NCBI RefSeq assembly: GCF_006345805.1
Contig: NC_043011.1
Location: 44,714,464-44,778,463 of the forward strand
Reading direction: 5' to 3'
From: Octopus sinensis
Lineage: Eukaryota
DNA length: 64,000 nucleotides
Part shown: piece after piece, positions 40,266 to 52,914 of the stretch
How positions within the stretch are numbered: the first letter of the stretch is position 1
Layout of the letters: every line of letters starts with the position of its first letter
Notes under the pieces: generated by a model
The model's input: only the letters and a program-made list of their open reading frames with translations
Databases searched by the model: none
Told to the model about the DNA's origin: nothing
Translations under genes and position numbers: made by a program

Positions 40266-40650
40266 TCTCTCTCTATATAAACGGCAGTTTGTCTGTGTGT
40301 GTTTCTGTGTGTCTGTTTGGTTGTACCCTCACCCTGACCACGGCTTTCAACCGATTCTGATGAAACTTGACACACACATAGCCCAATGTCATAATTCAAA
40401 ACTAACGCAGCGAAAATTTTGAAAAGTTCCCCCAGTTCTGAAAAAGATCGATAAATTCGACATGGGGTCGAGAATCAGAAACACAAACCACAGACTGTCT
40501 AGGGGACGCAACTCGACATTTTTTAACTCTAAAAAAAAATTGACCATCATTTTTTTCCCATTTTTTGGCTATTTTTTGGCTATAACTCTCTAAAAATGCT
40601 TTATAGTTATTTCCATTACAAACCTGAGCAACGCCGGGCGATACTGCTAG
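40266..40650 (+). mobile_element. Non-autonomous Helitron-like element
   Basis: A|TC...CCTGAGCAACGCCGGGCGATACTGCTAG|T; the last ~70 bp are shared with 34593-35105. Confidence 0.87.
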
Positions 40651-41439
40651 TTATACATATGTGGGAAAAAAAGCAACATTTTATTCAAATTTTTAACCAA
40701 AATAAGCCAATGAAACAAACGATTTAAGTCGGTCAATTATTGACAATACACGACATGTCCAGATTAGAAAAACCTTACATAGTATGGTGGCATTGCATGG
40801 ATATTCAGTAATTTTAATGTTGGGTGACTAAGACAAATATTCCAGCCGACGCCACCAAGCAACCCTGTCACAATCTTGTTTTATAGACCTTTTTAGTTGG
40901 CTTTTTTCTGTGACTTTTCTTCTGACTTTTTTTCCGTGGCTATTTTTCCATCGACTTTTTTCTGTGACCTTTCTTCTTCCTGTGACTTTTTTTTTTCTGG
41001 ATTCTGAGTGACTACCATAAACATCATGGAGCATCACTTTCGAATACAAAAATAAAAACAATAACCGCCCTCTTTATTTCTTCTGCCTCTCTATGTCTAC
41101 TACTCCTTCCCTTCTTCACTCTCTTTTTATTCCTCACTATTTCTCAAACTTCTCCCTCCCTCTCTTTCTCACTATTCCTTTATCAACTTTTTCTCTCTCA
41201 CTCTCTATTTACTATTATTCTGTCCCACTCACTCTCATTTTACCATGTTCTCATTCACTCCCTTACCTATCTCCGTTATCCGTTTCTCTCCTCCCACCTC
41301 CACTCACTACCTCTTCAGTCAATATAATCAGACGCCATAGATAAACAGACGACAGTTCAGACAATGGCGTCCACAGTCTTTCTGTGGGTTTATTATTATT
41401 GTATTAGGTGAGGGCTTTTGTGGCTGATGGCTGGATACT

Positions 41440-41967
41440 CCGCAACACTGCTACCATCATCAACCCCGCCATCACAACCACCGCCATTACCACTGCATCC
41501 ATCTCCACCACCACCGCCACTACCACTACAACCACCACCGCAACCACCACCACCACCACCATCTCCACCGCCACCACCACCACCACCACCACCATCACCA
41601 TCTCCACCACCACCACCATCTCCACCGCCAATACCACCATCCATCACCATCTCCACCACCACCACCATCTCCACCGCCAATACCACCATCCATCACCACC
41701 ATCACCATCTCCACCACCACCACCATCTCCACCGCCGCCACCATCACCACAATCATCGTTATCACCATCGTCACCGCCACCACCTCCATCACCACCACCA
41801 CCACCACCACCACCACCATCATCATCATCATCGCTAGTGCTACCATCACCAGTAGCAGCAGCATTATCATCATCACGAAAGACAACCTTTATAGACAAAC
41901 AACAACAACAACAAAAAAAGACATCAATAACAGCATCTGTAACAATAACAATAGCGACAGAATTATC

Positions 41968-41998
<31 letters not shown>

Positions 41999-42000
41999 GT
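41440..42000. repeat. (CAC/CAT/CAA)n low-complexity tract
   Basis: Degenerate trinucleotide repeats with a local ~48-bp duplication. Confidence 0.9.
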
Positions 42001-42169
42001 ATTATTTACGAACAAAGAGAAACCAATTTACCATCATTTGTTATTATGTATGAATTAGCAAATGAAGAGGAACATACCTGTAATGATTCACTTAAGGTGT
42101 TTACTTAGGCAATAACGTGGATTTAACTCTTATCGACTAAACCACAAGCTGCAATTGATATGGATACGT

Positions 42170-42700
42170 AGATGGGTGGAGAGGTAGGTTGGTAGATACG
42201 TACGTAGTGTGTGTGTGTGTGTGTGTGTGTGTGTAGGTAGGTAGGTAGGTAGGTAGGTAGGTGGTAGGTAGGTAGGTAGGTAGTAGGTAGGTGGAACGGT
42301 AGGTAGGTAAATAGATAGTGTAGGTAGGTAGATAGGTAGATAGGTAAGTAGGTTGGTAGGTAGGTAGGTAGGTAAATAGATAATGTAGGTCGGTAGATAG
42401 GTAAGTAGGTTGGTAGGTAGGTAGGTAGGTAGGTAGATAGGTAGATAGGTAAGTAGGTTGGTAGTTAGATAGGTAGGTAGGTAGGTAGGTAGGTAGATTA
42501 TTAGGTAGATGGAACCGTAGGTAGGTAAATAGATAATGTAGGTCGGTAGATAGGTAAGTAGGCTGCTAGATAGCTTGGTAGGTGAATAGGTAGATAGGTA
42601 AGTAGGTAAATAGGTTATTAGATAGGTAAATAGAAGATAGGTAAGTAGGTTGGTAGATAGCTTGGTAGGTAGATAGATAGATAGGTATGTTGGTAAGTTG
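42170..42700. repeat. (GGTA)n/(GATA)n degenerate tetranucleotide tract
   Basis: Direct reading. Confidence 0.9.
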
Positions 42701-43404
42701 GTATCTTAGTCTACATTACAGAGTATATGGATTTTTTCCAACACCATGCAATAGACAGATGCAAAAATCTTTTTTCTTTTGTATATAATATTTCCATGGA
42801 GAGATGAAGGGGAATCCACTGTACTAGTTTCAGTCCTATGTTGAGACTTCATTTATAACTGAGAGCTCGGTTTAACTCGCCACAGAGACTAATTATAATC
42901 GTCTATTATTAACTGCTTAAAATATCGAATAGACCTATATATACATATGTATGTGTTACCATCTGTGCAACATCTATATTCCTCCCTGTGCCTGTTGAAT
43001 CTTATGTCCCTGCCGTAAGGCTTTACTGCCACACACGCCAGCTTAATTTAATGCGTCCTTAGTCGAAAGACACCTGTTGTTATGTCGTGTTATTTGTATT
43101 TGTGTAACTTTCTCCGTTTTTTCCGTCCTTGTTTTCGTATACATTCGTTACTTTCTAATGCTCTTAGCTTAGTTTTTCCTTGGATCTGGCTAGATTGGAG
43201 CAATCTCGAGTATAACCAGCCGAAATTGCAAAGATAATCTGAAACTCGACTGAGGAAAGAAAACTCCGAATGACCCGTCCTTGTTTTCTTTGTATTGTCT
43301 GTGTGGATGTTTTGTTGTCCCTTTTTTTGTATCACTTAATTGTCTGGATGTTTTGCATTCTTGTCCCATTTGTCTGTATATATATATATATATATAATAT
43401 ATAT

Positions 43405-43453
<49 letters not shown>

Positions 43454-44089
43454 ACATGTGAAAGAAGCGAATGGAATATAAGATTCAAGACTTTTAAGTA
43501 GATACCTGTGCATGTGTGAGCGTGAAGAAATATATTCTAAATGTCCGTCGCACAATAGTTTATGCCTATTATTTCAAAATGAATGACTTTTTCATAGTAA
43601 AGTTATACCAACATTTGATTTCATATATTATTCAATGAATGGTTCCAACGAATACACAGACACACAAACATATACAAATTTTTTAGATTGAATTGTTAAT
43701 TATAATTTTCTTTGTAGTCCTATATAATATGAAACTTTTCTGCCTCATTGTGTTGGACATGTATAAGGTGCAGTGATGTCGGGTGAACTATCCTTTGTTT
43801 ACGAAAGGATATCAAGAGACGAGTCATTGTCTTGGCAAGCATACGCAAGAAATACAGGGAAAATATTCACGTATCCCTATAAAGTAAAGTATAAACGCAT
43901 ATAATAAGCAATGCAAACGAACACACAGACATTCAATATGAACTTTTGAAATTTCATAAAGAAACGAAAATACAGATAAAGACTAGTGGAGTCAGAGTAA
44001 TTTCCCTTCGGTTATAGACGTTTAATCCGTTATCTTGTCAAAAAGAATAGGGAGAAAGTTTTATTTTTATTATATTATTCGAATCGGCA

Positions 44090-44870
44090 AGACGGCGAGC
44101 TGGCAAAATCGTTAGCACGCCGGCAAAATGCTTAAGCATTTCGTCCATGTCTACGTTCTAATTCAACTGAAGTCGACTTTGTTTTTCATCCTATCGTGGT
44201 TAGATAGGAAACATTCAACTTGTGACGCCGATGTAATGGACGTACCTTGCCACCCCGATATTGCTGGCTTTTTGCCAAAAATTGAAACCAGTTATTAAAG
44301 ATGTTATTAAAGCAGCGAGCTGTTATAATCGTTAGCACGCCGGACGAAATGCTTAGCGGTATTTCGTCTGTCGTTACGTTGTGCGTTAAAATTCTGCCGA
44401 GGTCGATTTTGCCTTTCATCTTTTCGGGGTTGATAAATTAAGTACCAGTTACGCACTGGGTCGATATAATCGACTTAATCCGTTTGTCTGTCCTTGTTTG
44501 ACCTCTCTGTGTTTAGCCCCTTGTGGGCGATAAAGAAATAGGTATTTCGTCTGCCGCTACGTTCTGCGTTCAAATTCCACCGAGGTCAACTTTGCCTTTC
44601 ATCCTTTCGGTGTCGATAAATTAAGTACCGGTTACGCACTGGGATCGATGTAATCGACTTAATCCCTTTGCCTGTCCTTGTTTGTCCCCTCTATCTTTAG
44701 CCCCTTGTGGGCAATAAAGCAATAAGAATCGTTAGCACGCCGTGAAGACGGATGAATGGCTAAGCATTTTGCCCGTCTTTACATTCTGAGTTCAAATTCC
44801 ACCGAAGCCAGCCTTGCCTTTCATTTTTCAGGGTCGATAAAAGAAGTACCAATTAAGCCCTGTGGTTAGG
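44090..44870 (+). mobile_element. Cluster of four tandem or partial SINE family B copies
   Basis: Repeated TTTGCCTTTCATC...GATAAATTAAGTACC blocks, with head-less internal copies joined at the tail. Confidence 0.85.
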
Positions 44871-45243
44871 CTTTGTACCTATAACAGACAGGATTATTTT
44901 ATTCGAATCAATACGCTGAAATAATAAATTAATTTTGTTTTTAGGATTTCGTTTAGGCATAACGATGCTAATAACCAGTTGTTAGAACTCAATAGACATA
45001 CGTTTTAGAATAAAGCGTTAGGCGAGAATAGAGCGTAATATTAATTATTGAAAAATGAGAAGTTATATGATGTTACACAAGCGCACAGCTTTACGTGCAC
45101 TGCTTCTTATAGCAGCCGTAAGTTAATGAAGTTGATTATGTAATAACTTTTCTCGTCATTCAATAAATAATATATTAAAATATATAACACTGTACTATAC
45201 TAATAGATAAGCAAACATTTACTCAGTCGTTTAATATATATAT

Positions 45244-45630
45244 TGGTAAGTAGCTTGCTGACCAATCACATGGTTCCGGGTTCAGTCCCACTGCGTGGCA
45301 TCTTGGGCAAGTGTCTTCTGCTATAGCCCCGGGCCGACCAATGCCTTGTGAGTGGATTTGGTAGACGGAAACTGAAAGAAGCCTGTCGTATATATGTATA
45401 TATATGTGTGTGTGTGTGTTTGTGTGTCTGTGTTTGTTCCCCTAGGATTGCTTGACAACCGATGCTGGTCTGTTTACGTCCCCGTCACTTAGCGGTTCGG
45501 CAAAAGAGACCGATAGAATAAGTACTGGGCTTACAAAGAATAAGTCCCGGGGTCGATTTGCTCGACTAAAGGCGGTGCTCCAGCATGGCCGCAGTCAAAT
45601 GACTGAAACAAGTAAAAGAGTAAAGAGTAT
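45244..45630 (+). mobile_element. SINE family A (CpG-rich copy)
   Basis: Consensus match. Confidence 0.9.
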
Positions 45631-45837
45631 ATAAATCGAACGTTTATAATAGATAATAAAATATACGGCAGACAATTCAAAAGTCAGGCAGAATAATTTG
45701 TAAGGATTGCTTGTAACATCTCTTCGTCTTCCAGTGGACATGAGTTGGTGGATCAGAACCAATACCTTAAGAATCAGAAGAATCAGAAACGGTGAAACCA
45801 ATAGCTGTAATATTTTGTGATGTGTGTGTGTGTGTGC

Positions 45838-46180
45838 AGTAAGAAGCTTGCTTCCCCACCACATGGTTCCAGGTTGTCCCACTGCGGGGTATTCTGGGCA
45901 AGTGTCTTCTCGGGCCGAACAAAGCCTTGTGAATGGATTTGGTAGATGGAAAATGAAAAGAAGCCCGTCGTATACACCTGTGTGTTTGTGTTTGTCCCCT
46001 ACACCATCGCTTGACAACCGATGATGGTGTGTTTATGTCCCCGTAACTTAGCGGTTCGGCAAAAGCGACCGATAGAATAAGTACCAGGCTTACAAAGAAT
46101 AAGTCCTGGGATCGATTTCTTCGACTAAAAGGCGGTGGTCCAGCATGGCTACAGCAAAATGACTGAAACAAATAAAGGAA
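45838..46180 (+). mobile_element. SINE family A
   Basis: Consensus match. Confidence 0.85.
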
Positions 46181-47127
46181 TATAGAGAAAAACAACTTGT
46201 TTTAAATCTCTCAGCGAGAGACATACAGTAACAGTACCGAATAATAAAGTTTGTTTGCCCACAGAATGGGGAAGTCCTATAAAGGACGATGTTACTGTTG
46301 TTTTACCTCTAGGAAAACATCTTTTCCAGTTGGCTATCGACACACAGTTTGGCTATCGACACACAGTTTGCAAGGAAGGTCATCGCTCCCATCTCTACGT
46401 GATACTCACAGACTCAGGTTTCTGTTCGTCGTTTAAAGAATATATAGTGTTTGCAAGTGGAGAGAACTTTCATCAGTAGCTGGTAATTGTTTCACCCTGA
46501 GGACGGATAACCACCCACAAACGATAGAGAATATGGAGACTAGTACATCCTCGTATTATCTATCGTTATAATTATTGCTAATATACACACTCCAGATAAT
46601 ATTACAATCCATTGAAGAGAAGACGGAATTACCTAAGCGTGAATGACAACACCTAGTAGTCACAGGCGTTAAATACTAATCGATGCGGATAGCCATAACC
46701 TGGAACATAACTGAGAGCTACCTTGGTATTCACCCGGATAATATATCCCTCTAAACTCTCTCTCTCTCTCTCTCTCACACACACGAGACATGCATGCCTA
46801 AAATAAATTGATGAAGTAAATTGTGTAACTTCTTACTTTTATTAGACAATATACACTAGATCCCCTGAATTTATTTGAAGCATTAAAAACATTATTTATT
46901 CATCATTAGCTGCTTCTTAGTCATAAACTTTCACTAAAATACAAGCGACAACAAGTGTGAGATATAAAAGTGACTATTTTCTGTAATCTAACCACATAAA
47001 CAGTCTCTTTATGCTCTTTCGCGCAGTATGCAACACTGAAAACGGTTTCTGTTCTAAGGTCGGTTTACCATTCATATTAAGACTCTGCTTTCATAAAATA
47101 GTTAAATAGCTTACATTAATTCTTTAG

Positions 47128-47222
<95 letters not shown>

Positions 47223-47339
47223 ATATAGAGGGCATTATACATACATGCCACACGCTAAGAGGGACAATTAGTCATTTCTACCAAAAATATTACTAATCCC
47301 ACCGAATGCAATTTTTCAAAGTAAGACATTTAAAAATAT

Positions 47340-47387
47340 AGACCTGTATCACAGTGATTTCATACTTACGTATTCATCAGCAGGCCT
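47340..47387 (-). ncRNA. Type I hammerhead ribozyme, apparently intact
   Basis: Minus strand AGGCCUG-CUGAUGA-AUAC GUAA GUAU-GAAA-UCAC U GUGA-UA-CAGGUCU. All core nucleotides present; stems I (7 bp), II (4 bp, GUAA loop) and III pair; AUA cleavage triplet. Confidence 0.85.
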
Positions 47388-47674
47388 GAATGTATTATAA
47401 ATAAACAACGACCCTGCCCCGCTTAAGCCGATCAGCTAACTGATCAACATCAACGAAGCACATGGGTGAGTTTACATATATTACATCCGGATAAATGGCA
47501 AACTTTTACGAATTGCATTTCGGGAGAGTAAAAGTTTTTTCGGAATAAAAATTTAGCAATTAAGGACAACTACTTAATAAGGAAAACTTAACAAGAAATT
47601 GTCAGGTAGATAGCGTCAACTATATATATATATATATATAGTTGACAAAAGAACAAAAGGTAATCACTTTCATG

Positions 47675-47715
<41 letters not shown>

Positions 47716-47718
<3 letters not shown>

Positions 47719-48003
47719 TGGAGGCGCAATGGCCCAATGGTTAGGGCAGCGGACTCGCGGTTGTAGGATCGCGTTGTGAGTGTTTATTGAGCGAAAACAC
47801 CTAAAAGCTCCACGAGGCTCCGGCAGGGGATGGTGGTGATCCCTGCTGTACTCTTTCACCACTCTTTCTCCCACTATTTCTTCTGTTGGCCTGCTCGCTT
47901 AGCCAACGGGGTGGCGTCATTCGAAGGCTAAAACAATGCGAACGCATTGTGACCAGCGATGTGTAACTGCATCTGATGGACTGGTCGGTCACGTGATCAC
48001 GTG
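47716..48003 (+). mobile_element. tRNA(Arg-like)-headed SINE ending in GGTCACGTGATCACGTGA
   Basis: Head shared with 22210 (GGACTCGCGG..., GAGCGAAAACACCTAA), different 3' half; flanked by (TA)n. Confidence 0.8.
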
Positions 48004-48425
48004 ATATATATATATATATATATATATTGATATATTGTTGCCTAAAGTGAAAATTTTATCCACGACAAACCGCAGTAAAAATGGCGTTTTTATAGGTCAA
48101 ATATGTTCAGAATGTATCTGAACTGAACTAAAAGATTGTTTAATTCACAACACAGCTTTTGTCTGCCTACTAGATATTTTGTTCTAGCCTGGTACGATGT
48201 GACGCATGGTTATTAGATACTTTCTACAGATGTTCTATAACGAAGCTATGACATCGAAAGTCATTTCAGAGTTGTCTTTCTTGGTATCCGGTACTGACGA
48301 TAGCCATGTAGCATGATATGCATTCATCGATGTTTAAACGCCAGCTACCAAAGACGAGAATTTTCTCTACGACAAACTGCATTGAAAATGGCCTGACACA
48401 TATGTTTTAGGACTTTTTAATCTTG

Positions 48426-48468
<43 letters not shown>

Positions 48469-48788
48469 AGAGAGAGAGAGAGAGAGGCGGGAGAGATACG
48501 AACCAAATACAGGTTTGAAGTTAAGAGTACAGAGAGCCGAAATGATTACAGTAACTGAATTTACGTATGTATGCGTGTATGTATTTGTGTGTGTGTTATC
48601 TAGTTTTATTTCAAGATTTTTTTTTCCATTCACCCGGATAATATATCCCTCTAAATTCTCTCTCTTTCATACACCACACACACACACACAACACACACAC
48701 ACACCACACACACCACACACGAGACATGCCTAGAATAATAAATTGATGAAGTAAATTGTGAAACTTCTTACCTTTATTAGACATTATA

Positions 48789-49074
48789 AATAAATAAATA
48801 AGTAAATAAATAAATAAATAAATAAATGCGCCCTTTTAAAGCCTAGCCAGGCTCATGGGCCCTGTTTCCCGGTTTCAATGGCGTATGTGTTCCCCAGTTG
48901 GGCGGGACGCCAGTCCATCGCAACGTTACTCATTTTTGCTAGCTGAGTGGACTGGAGCAACGTGAAATGAAGTGTTTTGCTCAAGAACACAACGCGTCGC
49001 CCGGTCCAGGAATCGAAATCACAATCTTACGATCATGATGCTGACGCCCTAACCACTAAGCCACGCGCCTCCAC
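48789..49074 (-). mobile_element. tRNA-derived SINE with (TTTA)n tail and 13-bp TSD
   Basis: ATTAGACA(T/A)TATA at 48776-48788 and 49075-49087. Confidence 0.9.
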
Positions 49075-49337
49075 ATTAGACAATATACACTAGTCAAAAA
49101 TTTCGGACGCCTTATAAACAAATACGAGGTTGCCTCGATGTCTCCGCGACAGGATAGTCATCCAACACAGTGGCGATCGATAACCAAAACTAGGGGAAGC
49201 GTTTTTTAACTGACATCATCCATAGACGGGTTGATTTCCAAGAAATTAAACCCATTAGATTTCAACTGGACCATTTATTATTGCTGCCGGAAGCTGGCGC
49301 GCCGATCGTAAAGTCGATCGGTCGTAAGTCGACGACG

Positions 49338-49368
<31 letters not shown>

Positions 49369-49574
49369 TGTATGTATGTATGTATGTATGTATGTATGTA
49401 TGTATGTATGTATGGATGGATGGTTGGATGGATGGATTATGTACGTGTATGTATATATGTGTGTATGGATGTGCATATATATATATATGTATATGTGTAG
49501 GTATGTATGTGTATATGTGTGTGTATGCATGCTATGTTATGTACGTCATATATGCAAGTAAGTTATATCTTATC

Positions 49575-49890
49575 GTTTACTTGTTCAGCCATTTTTAAAT
49601 GCGGTCATGCTGGGGTACCGCCTTGAAGGACTTTTAGTCGAACAAATCGACCCCAAACTTATTCTTTTTAAGCCCGACACATACACACACATACACACAC
49701 ACACACACACACAAACACACTCTCTCTCTCTCTCTCTCTTCTGCTCAGTTTCCGTCTACCAACTCCACCCACAAGGCTTTGGGCGGCCCGAGGCCATAGT
49801 AGAAGATACTTGCCCAAGGTATCACGCAATGAGACTGAACCTGGAACCATGTGGTTGGGACGCAAGCTTCTTACCTGACAGCCACGCCTT
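49575..49890 (-). mobile_element. SINE family A with internal deletion
   Basis: Partial consensus match. Confidence 0.75.
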
Positions 49891-51045
49891 CACCAGTAGG
49901 TATGTTTCTTATATATATATGTATGCACGTATGATATATACATATACATGTGTGGATGGATATATCTATATTTATCTATGTCTGTATGTACGATATGTAT
50001 GTGTGTGTATTTAGAGGGTCATTATGCTTGTAAAAAATGTGTTGTAAGAAGTTTGTTTCCCGATCACATAGTTTCGGGTTCAGTCCCACTGCAAGGCACC
50101 TTAGGCATGTGTCTTATACTAGAGCTTCGGGTTGACCACAAATCTTGTGAGTGGATTTGATGAACGGAAACTGAAAGAAGCCCGTCGTATATATATATAT
50201 ATTTAAAGTTTATCCAAACATGAATTGCTGGATAATTTTTCGTTGCTGGAAAAAATTTTCGTACCTTTAAGAATATTGTAGAACGGAAACTTTTCATAGA
50301 TTGGTATTTAAATCCTAATCGCTATAGAAATTTATTGTTTCAAGAAAACTTTGAATTCGAATTACTTTTAATTTTTACGATTATAGATAACAACTCAGGC
50401 TGTGACTTCTGAGCCCGAGTCAGGCGAGTGTGAACGATGTCGAGAGAACGTCTGCTATGAATGATATTTTTTTTAACACAGGGAACTTCTAAGACACCGC
50501 CTGACGTTGAACGAAAGTAAACGAACTGCGACCAGGCTCAATAAAAGGAGCCCGAGTGATTGGCTACAATTACATACTTGAAGTCAATGTTGGTAGAAAT
50601 TAAATTAGCTTGCAAATGCACGTTCACTATACTAAATTTATTCTCGGGCTAAGCCCAAATAACCCGTGTGCCGGAGTTACCACTGATGTGTGTGTGTGTT
50701 TCTTTGTCTCTTACCACTGCTTGACAACTGGTGTTGATGTGATTACGTCCCCCGTAACTTGGAAGTTGGGCAAAAAGAGATCTATTGAATAAGTACCAGC
50801 CTTTAAAAAAATAAGTATTGGGGTCGATTCGTTCGAGTAAAGTTCTTCAGGGCGGTGCCCTAGCGTGGCCGCTGACTAATGACTGAAACAGGGAAAAGAT
50901 AGAAGATAAAAAGAAAGACAAATGAAAGGAAGCTCATTAAGAAGTTTACAGAAGTGTAACGAAAGACTTAGAGACACTGATTAATAAACAGGTGAACTAT
51001 AACCTGTATCTATGCGAGAGAGTGTATACGTATGAGAGTGTCTAC

Positions 51046-51161
<116 letters not shown>

Positions 51162-51467
51162 GTGTGTTTATTAGTATAATGACCCTCCTACAATCAGTCA
51201 GATGTTTCAACACTCGGATTCACATCAAGTGTCTTACGAAAAGATCTACAAAAAAGGAATTATATATGTATATGTTTGTGTTTGTGTGTGTGTGTGTGTA
51301 TGTGTGTGTGTTTGTGTGCGTATGTGTCTATGCGCGTACATATGCGTGGACATATACTTCAAAATGTACACACATACACACACACACACATATAATATAC
51401 AGTCATATATACAGAGAAATAGAGAGAGAGAGAGAGAGATGCACATATAAATACAATACACAAACAT

Positions 51468-51570
<103 letters not shown>

Positions 51571-51809
51571 CTGACATGCATGAACACGGTAACCATGTTA
51601 GATGAAAGACTGAAGGCTACTTGTGTGTTAAAATTAGTGAAATGAATCTTTTTCTATATAAATATAAACATTATCGTCACACTTACCACAAGACTGGTGC
51701 CATGTGTTGGGTGAGTGGGGGAGGGGCGGATGAAGTGGTGTGGGTGGAACGATAATTAGAAAGGGTTCAGGTTTGATATAATACACACACACACACACAC
51801 TCATGGTAT

Positions 51810-52278
51810 GTGTGTGTGATGTGTGTGTGCACGTATATGTGTGTGTATGTATGTGCTCATGTATGCATATGTGAGATATGCGTATGTACATATATATATA
51901 CACATATGTATGTATGTATGTGTGTGTGTGTATGTATCTATGTATGTATGTACGTATGTGTGTGTATATGTGTATGTGTTTGTATGTGCGAATATGAGAA
52001 GATCCATGATGTGTATTACATGTGTGCGTGCGTGCGTGCGGTGTGTGTGTGTGTGTGTGTGTGTGTGTGATGTGTGTGCACGTATATGTGTGTGTGTGTA
52101 TGTGCTCATGTATGCATATGTGAGATATGCGTATGTACATATATATACACATATGTATGTATGTGTGTGTATGTATGTATCTATGTATGTATGTATGTAT
52201 GTATGTGTGTGTATATGTGTATGTGTTTGTATGTGCGAATATGAGAAGATCCATGATGTGTATTACATGTGTGCGTGC

Positions 52279-52325
<47 letters not shown>
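51810..52325. repeat. Tandem duplication of a ~260-bp microsatellite-derived unit
   Basis: The anchor GCGAATATGAGAAGATCCATGATGTGTATTACATG occurs twice (~51988, ~52235). Confidence 0.85.
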
Positions 52326-52328
<3 letters not shown>

Positions 52329-52914
52329 ACACAAGCCACCATCCGTACAACAAGGATAACATGATTCATACCAGTGCTGAACAGCTCTATCGCTTAATTG
52401 ATAAGAAAGACGCCACACCATTCAAGGGGGGGAGGAGGGTGTGGAGATGGTGGATGAGGAGGAGGAGAAGGAAAAGGATGAAGAGTGGAGGGAGGAGAGG
52501 TAGCAAGTATAAGGGTAGATGGTTGGAGGGGAAAGTAGATGAAGGTGGTGGTGGTGGTGGTGGTGGTGGTGGGGATGATGATTATGACGATGATGGTGAT
52601 GATGAAGGTGATGGTGGTGATGGGGGGAAAAAACGAAGGGGGGAAAAGAAGAGGAAGAAAAGAAAAAAAGGGTGTAGTTTGCTTCATTGCACCAGCGCAG
52701 CCCAAATCCAACAGTTCTCTGATCAAAGCTTTCCAGCAGTGACCATCTCTCCTTTATTTAGAACTACCTTGGTCAATGTGCGTATTATTTTTTTATTCTT
52801 TTGTTTGTCATTTGACTGTAGTCGTGCTGGATCTCAACCTTTAGTCGAAAAAAATTGACCCCAGGACTATTCTTTGTAAGCCTAGTACTTATTCGTTGCT
52901 TGTTTCGCCGTTGG

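Noticed and set aside
40890-40995. ~15-bp TTTTTCTGTGAC tandem repeats resembling transposon subterminal repeats
   Set aside because: No matching TIR or partner end found in the window
43195-43280. Hammerhead-like CTGAGGA and GAAA words in a dispersed repeat
   Set aside because: The boxes are in the wrong order or lack a pairing stem II
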